From: Chrysomallon squamiferum
Lineage: Eukaryota; Animalia; Mollusca
Assembly (NCBI GenBank): GCA_012295275.1
Contig: CM022667.1
Location: forward strand, 9,424,001-9,488,000
DNA length: 64,000 nucleotides
Direction of reading: 5' to 3'
Below the pieces are notes generated by a model that was not told the DNA's origin, ran no database searches, and saw only the letters and a program-made list of their open reading frames with translations. Positions 57,671-64,000 of the stretch are shown here, one piece after another (position 1 is the stretch's first letter; every line of letters begins with the position of its first letter). The position numbers and the translations under genes are program-made.

Positions 57671-58577
57671 AACGATAATAAAAAAAAAAATACCAATTAT
57701 AAAATAAAAAATAAAAATAAAATAAAATAACTTTAAAAGAAAAAAAAGAAAAAAACCTCAATAAAATAAAGAACAAAGATCCAGCCTATTCGATTTTCGA
57801 AACTTGTTTTCATAAATCGTGGTCACCACACGAAAATCAAGAAATAAAAATCTTTGTCAAACTCATAAATAAACAAAATACAGGCATATTTAACAAACCG
57901 CGCCTTCAGTCATTTACATAAGCCGGCGAAGAAAACGCGTTTGTCGGAAATACATCATCATCATGCCACCGAGTGGCGTAGTAATACGGCACGTGTCTCG
58001 CGCGAGCGCGTGCAACAGGTTGCAGTCCTCAAGGTGCACGAGCTAAATCGCGCGGTTTATCGAAAAGTCCCGCTACATTTCCACCTGAATCGGAAAGATC
58101 AGCCGTCACTGAAATAAATTGACGAACGTAATACCTACTCGACATATGCCGTGAAAAACTCTCCACTTCCAGTCTTTATTTCGTCGATAAATCTGTGAAG
58201 CAAGCTGTGCTTTGTACAATAATCCCGCGTGGTGCATTTAAAAGCGATAACGAAATAAACAGGCTAGATTTTAATTTTATTTTAGAAAGTGGGAAAGGTG
58301 AAAAAATAAAAATTAATAATAATAATAATAACAACAACAGCAGCAGTAACAAGAATAAAAAGATATTTCTAAAAAGGCAATAATTGATTATAATCATTTT
58401 TAAAATATCCTTAAGTTTATTATATTATTAATATTTGATACTTTGGTACTGTATATGTACGTTAGAGCAAATAATGACAAAGCAATAATTATTACTCGTA
58501 TTTATGTTTTTCATAAACTGGAGACTTAAATAAAATCAGTCGCATTATTATTATTATTATTATTATCATTATTATTA

Positions 58578-58629
<52 letters not shown>

Positions 58630-59026
58630 AACTATTATTGTTGTTGGTGTTGTTGTTGTTGTTACTGTTATTGTTGCTGTTATTATTATTGTTATCGTTA
58701 CTGTTGTTGCTGTTATTATTATTATTATATTATTAGTAGTATTAGTATTATTTTGCTGTTATTGTTGTTGTTGATGATGATGTTGTTATTTATGAATATA
58801 TATAATAATAACACAAACAACGTTGGCTTACTGAATGTAAGAATTTTAATATATTTAGTTATCACTTTATAAAATATTTTCTATAAAGCTGTGTTTCCTC
58901 TGAAATTACCTAAATAATATGTAAAACAGATATTATTATTATTACAAATTTAAATTTTAAACAAGAATTAATATTAAAAAAAAAATGTTTCTAATGCATA
59001 CGTTTATATCACTTATACATAGACAA

Positions 59027-59134
59027 ATACACAGATAGATTAAAACATACACAGATAGATTAAAACATACACAGAGAGATTAAAACATACACAGATAGAT
59101 TAAAACATACACAGATAGATTAAAACATACACAG
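59027..59134. repeat. 20-bp minisatellite, about 5.4 copies
   Basis: Unit ATACACAGATAGATTAAAAC, nearly perfect. Confidence 0.95.
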
Positions 59135-59436
59135 TGAGTAAAATACACACACGTATACATAAACAAATCTATCTATGTCTATTCTATTAGATCTATCAGT
59201 ACAGCACATACACAGATACATACATAATGCACGCATGAATTAAAAATAAATAAATAAATAAACAAACAAACAAACAAACAAATAAATAAATAAATAAATA
59301 AATGAAAAAGAAACAACAAAAAACAACAACTTCAAAACAGCTAAAATTTATATTTAACAAAATGTTTTTTGTTCTACCTCCAACAAAATTAAACTTCAAA
59401 TAAACTCATTCAACTATAGTAATAAACTACAATTTA

Positions 59437-59512
<76 letters not shown>

Positions 59513-60619
59513 GAAAAATCTAATTTAATTTTGTCGAGTTATCGAACTTTACTCCAGCTATGCACGTGTCGAAAATATGTACAAAATCGGCTTTTGGTTT
59601 TGAGTTAAGTGCCAAATTTTTTTTTCTTTCTTTCTTTCTTCTTTTCTTTTGCTAAAGTTGTTTGATGGGTCGCGCACTCGTTTCAAATCATCCTCGCAGT
59701 CAAACTGGTTTCCCGCGCGACTGATTCGTGGAGAGCTGAGAAGTACAAGTCGACACAAAAAAAAACACTCGCGCGCCTAATAACTCGATAATTAGGCGAT
59801 ATCCGAGACATCCTCCATTCCTGACAAAACATATTCACCTCGAGGAGACAAAAAAAAAAAAAAAACTAACCAGGTTTCTGTCTCGGTAGCCATAGCGAAG
59901 CGCGTGCCATCGGCTCGCGCAATATCGAATTTGATTGGCTGGCGCGATCAGGTTTTTCACTTTTGACGTGTGACAAAAACATGGTAGATTTTCTTTTTCT
60001 TTTTTTTCTTTTTTTTTTTTTTTTTTTTTTTTTTGGTTTTGAAACGGGCGTACTATTCGGGATAAATACAGCCAAGGGTGACGTTATTGTGGAATTACAG
60101 AGAGGGGTGGCGTATCCCGGGGGGGGGTTATGTTTTGGGGCGGAGGAATGTTGGTGGTTTTCAAAAAAAAAAAGTTTTTGTGTTGTGGGTGAAAATTAAA
60201 AATGTCGATTCGCGACTCGAATTTCGTGCTGTAGCCCTGTTCTGTGTTTATTGTGTGTTAAAACATGACTGCACTGTAAGTTCGGGATTTACATTTTGAT
60301 TAAAACTGTCCATAGGCAGCGACCGCATCGGGTTATATTTTAATTAAATGAACTTCAGCTAGTATGAAAATTTAAAGCGAAAGTAAAAGTAAATAAATAA
60401 AATAAATTGAAAACAAAAATAATAAAGTCCACAATTATGAAAGAAAGTAAGAAAGGAATGAAGAATGAAAGAAACACAGAAAGAAAGACAAAACTAAAAG
60501 CAGTTACACTGACAAAGAGAAACAAAAGTATAAATACAAATTTAAAAAGATCCACATCTGTCTTTTTTTGTTTTTTCTTCTTCTTCTTCTTCTTCTTCTT
60601 CTTCTTCTCTTTTATCATT

Positions 60620-60719
60620 TAACAACCTAAATAAATACTTAAACTTTGCAGTATTAAAAAAAATCCTGTAACAACCTAAATAAATACTTAAACTTTGCAG
60701 TATTAAAAAAAATCCTGTA
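60620..60719. repeat. Perfect 49-bp tandem duplication
   Basis: taacaacctaaataaatacttaaactttgcagtattaaaaaaaatcctg at 60620 and 60669. Confidence 0.95.
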
Positions 60720-61228
60720 CCGTATAGTTAAACAGTTATTAAAATGCAACTTTTCTTTTAGTTATTCGTTTCATATAAAATAAATTATTACAACACGATT
60801 TATTATTCCAACATTTATATTTATCCATTCTCTGCCATAAACCACACCCTCCTCACCCTCTCTTCTCTGCCCATATCTGCAAATTATCATCATCTGTCGC
60901 TATGGTCATTATTTAATGATTTGCACAAAGAACGGGTTTATTTTCTTAATGCGTATGCAGATTATAGTACCAAGCGGTGCATCAGTAGGGGCGATACGAT
61001 CTCTAGCGCGCGCCATTATGCAAATGAGCTTACGTAATTTATGGTATTCAAAGAGCGATATATTACGCTGCTGTAGCGGATGATAGCATCATCGTAGTCG
61101 TTGGTTTAACGAATCTGCAAATAAAATGAGAAGGTTATTTCTCGACTGAGACAATGAAGAGAGACTTTTTCACAAACTTAGGGGAGGTAATTTTTTCGAT
61201 AAATTTAGTGGAAGGGCTCGATAAATAG

Positions 61229-61263
<35 letters not shown>

Positions 61264-61533
61264 CTACTACGACGACGACGACGACGACTACGACTATACG
61301 CTGATTTTAAGAAATACGACGAGAAAGAGAAGAACAAGATAATAAAAAAATAAAAAAAAAAAAGGAAGAAGAAGAATGAGAGAGAAAAGAAAAGCGAGAA
61401 AAACAAAAAGAGAGAGAAGACGAATATATAAAATAAAAAATTAATAAACTAGAATTTAATATTTATTTACTTATTTATTTATTTGTTTACTTGATACGCA
61501 CATTTCCTTCATTTGCTTACAGCTAAGATGGTG

Positions 61534-61615
<82 letters not shown>

Positions 61616-61881
61616 TGACGTTGCATTACGTTTCTGTAAATTTATAACTTTTTGTTTAAAATATTAAAGTATATATATTTTTTTTCTAAATTTATTTTAT
61701 TATTTACTTATTTCTTTTCCATTATTCAATTTTTATTTTATTTTTACTTTTTTTATTTACTTTTTTTTGTTTTGTTTTGTTGTTGTTGTCAATACGTTTT
61801 TATTATTTTTATTATTTTTTATTATTATTTCTTTCTTTCTTTCGTTCTTTCTTTATTTATCTATTTATTCATTCATTTATT

Positions 61882-61925
<44 letters not shown>

Positions 61926-62021
61926 TTCCTAATGGAGGTTTATTTTTTAAAGGTGTCAGAACATTTACAAAGGACAATTTTAAAAGCTTCTTAATATAAT
62001 TTTTTTATTCAATTTTTATTA

Positions 62022-62054
<33 letters not shown>

Positions 62055-62821
62055 GATATCCGGTTACGTCACTTGCCTGTAACAGGTGTGTGGAAAAATC
62101 AAACTAAAAGGCTATGAAAACACATATTAATTACAACAATAATTGCAGCGGGTCGATAAAATCTGTGCGTTTTGTCCTCTTTACGTCCGCATATTTAGAA
62201 AATACGAAATTGATTTTGCAATAAGACTTACAGCGCACGTCATGGCAGTATTTTAATAGACAGAAGAACGGCGATTTCAAAGTGCCGTTCCTTTGTTATG
62301 CTTGGTTTCGTCGACGTCACAGCAGTAATAAATAAATTACCGTAAAGTGCGTAAAAAAACCCAACCCGGCATCCATCCAACCATCCTTTGTCCCAGTCCT
62401 TATCACTAACTTATTGTTAGATAATTAATAAAGTGTGTTACGTTGAACAGGCAAAATCGTAAACTATTGCAGTCAGATACTCTTCAGACTGTTCACGATA
62501 TTACTGTTGCTACTGCAGCTACTACTGCAACTACATCAACTACTGCAGCTGACGCTATTACCATTTCTAAAACGATTGCTACTGTTATTATTACTATTAT
62601 CAATACTGCTGGCTTTGCTACTTTTGCTGCTGCTGTTATTACTACTACCACTACCACAACTATTACTAAAGATACAACTACTACTACAACTATTACAGTA
62701 CTACCATTAATGCTGCTGCTGCTAGACTACTACTACTACTACTACCACAGCATCTGCTATAACTATTTACTATCAATACTACTGTTGCTTCTTCTAACTC
62801 CACCGTTATTATTATTATTAT

Positions 62822-62880
<59 letters not shown>

Positions 62881-63399
62881 ATAGTAGTATTACTATTATT
62901 ACTATTACTATTATTTTTACTATTATTATTTTATTACTGGTGTTATTGTTATTATTATTATTATTATTAGAACTACTTCTGCTGCAGTACAATAGCAAAA
63001 TCAACTACTACAACAACTTTTACAATTACTGTTACAGTAACAACTACTGCTACTATTACTGCTGCCACTGCTACTAACCATAATCACGAGATGATGATGA
63101 TGATGATGATGACGAAGACGACGTTGATGACATTTACTTTCCTAATGACTGCAACTGTTTATTCAGCTGCAGTCTTCGATTCGAAAGGACAAACGCTTGC
63201 CTGAGTTTTCATAATTTCCCGTTCCGGATAGTGCTCCGTCAACAAGAGAATCAGCGACCGTGACGTCACCGGGAAGGTGGATAGAAAAGATTTTCTTACT
63301 GCTAATTCATCGGAGTAACCCATCGAGAGGGTAACAGCGGGTTTCAGATCATTTCATGATGGTCACCACCGGAAACCTAAAAGAATAAGAAGTAAAATT

Positions 63400-63990
63400 A
63401 TAACAGCTGGTATTTAACAGAACATTGTTAAAGCAGAATGCAGTACTAAATACAGTACCTTATGCCTCACAGCATTATAGCAGTTAACAAGCAAATAAAC
63501 GTCACAGTGTTCAGTGCAGTGTAGTACAGAACTGTACAGTAAAATCCAGACTGTCACACAGAACAACTTAGAAAGTACTATACACGCATACAATACAAGT
63601 GTATATAAAACATATTTACTTGTACTCATTACAAGTACTAATGTATGTGTGTGTGTGCGTGTGTGTGTTGTATAATGTAGTAGAGTACGTTATACAGTAC
63701 AGTATACACTACCAGTATGGAAAGGTACTGCAATGTACACATTACATTATGCACTACAGTACCACGGTGCACTTTAGACAAGTGTACAGTAGAATATATT
63801 GCACAGTGCGTTATATAATACTGTACAACAATACTTATTTTATTTTATTTATTTATTTATTTATTGTACTGACATGAATTCAACAAACTTAAACAGTTGA
63901 AAATAAAAAAGAATTGTGAATACAATACAGTATACTGTACAAGAATGCAACAACATAAAGTATAAGTTACAACAGAGTACATTGCAGTTT
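63400..63990. repeat. Degenerate TACAG/GTACT-rich low-complexity satellite
   Basis: Recurring agtac, tacag and actgtac words without a strict period. Confidence 0.55.
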
Positions 63991-64000
63991 GTTTATTTAA

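Overview
AT-rich, microsatellite-dense animal genomic DNA, probably a lophotrochozoan such as a mollusc (inference from the Snail protein sequences and repeat style). It holds two Snail-family C2H2 zinc-finger repressor genes in convergent (tail-to-tail) orientation about 37 kb apart. Snail-A (+) has exon 1 CDS 3051-3171 and exon 2 5999-7142. Snail-B (-) has exon 1 CDS 47218-46825 and exon 2 45067-44030. Both start with a SNAG motif (MPRAFL[VI]KK), have one phase-1 intron and end in five zinc fingers. As assembled, both spliced frames need single-base insertions (one in A, two in B), most likely long-read consensus errors. No other protein-coding or RNA gene is supported. The rest is a gene desert of roughly 30 short CpG-rich islands separated by microsatellite spacers. 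The most interesting signals are: a tract of near-identical DNA at zinc fingers 3-4 of the otherwise diverged inverted paralogues (candidate gene conversion); about 30 Snail-type E-boxes clustered in the islands (candidate auto/cross-regulation); a putative 3-kb Snail-B 3'UTR with many miR-8/200 and other conserved miRNA seed matches plus PUF elements; and a CRE-bearing minisatellite that supplies the Snail-A stop codon. All motif counts were made by eye.
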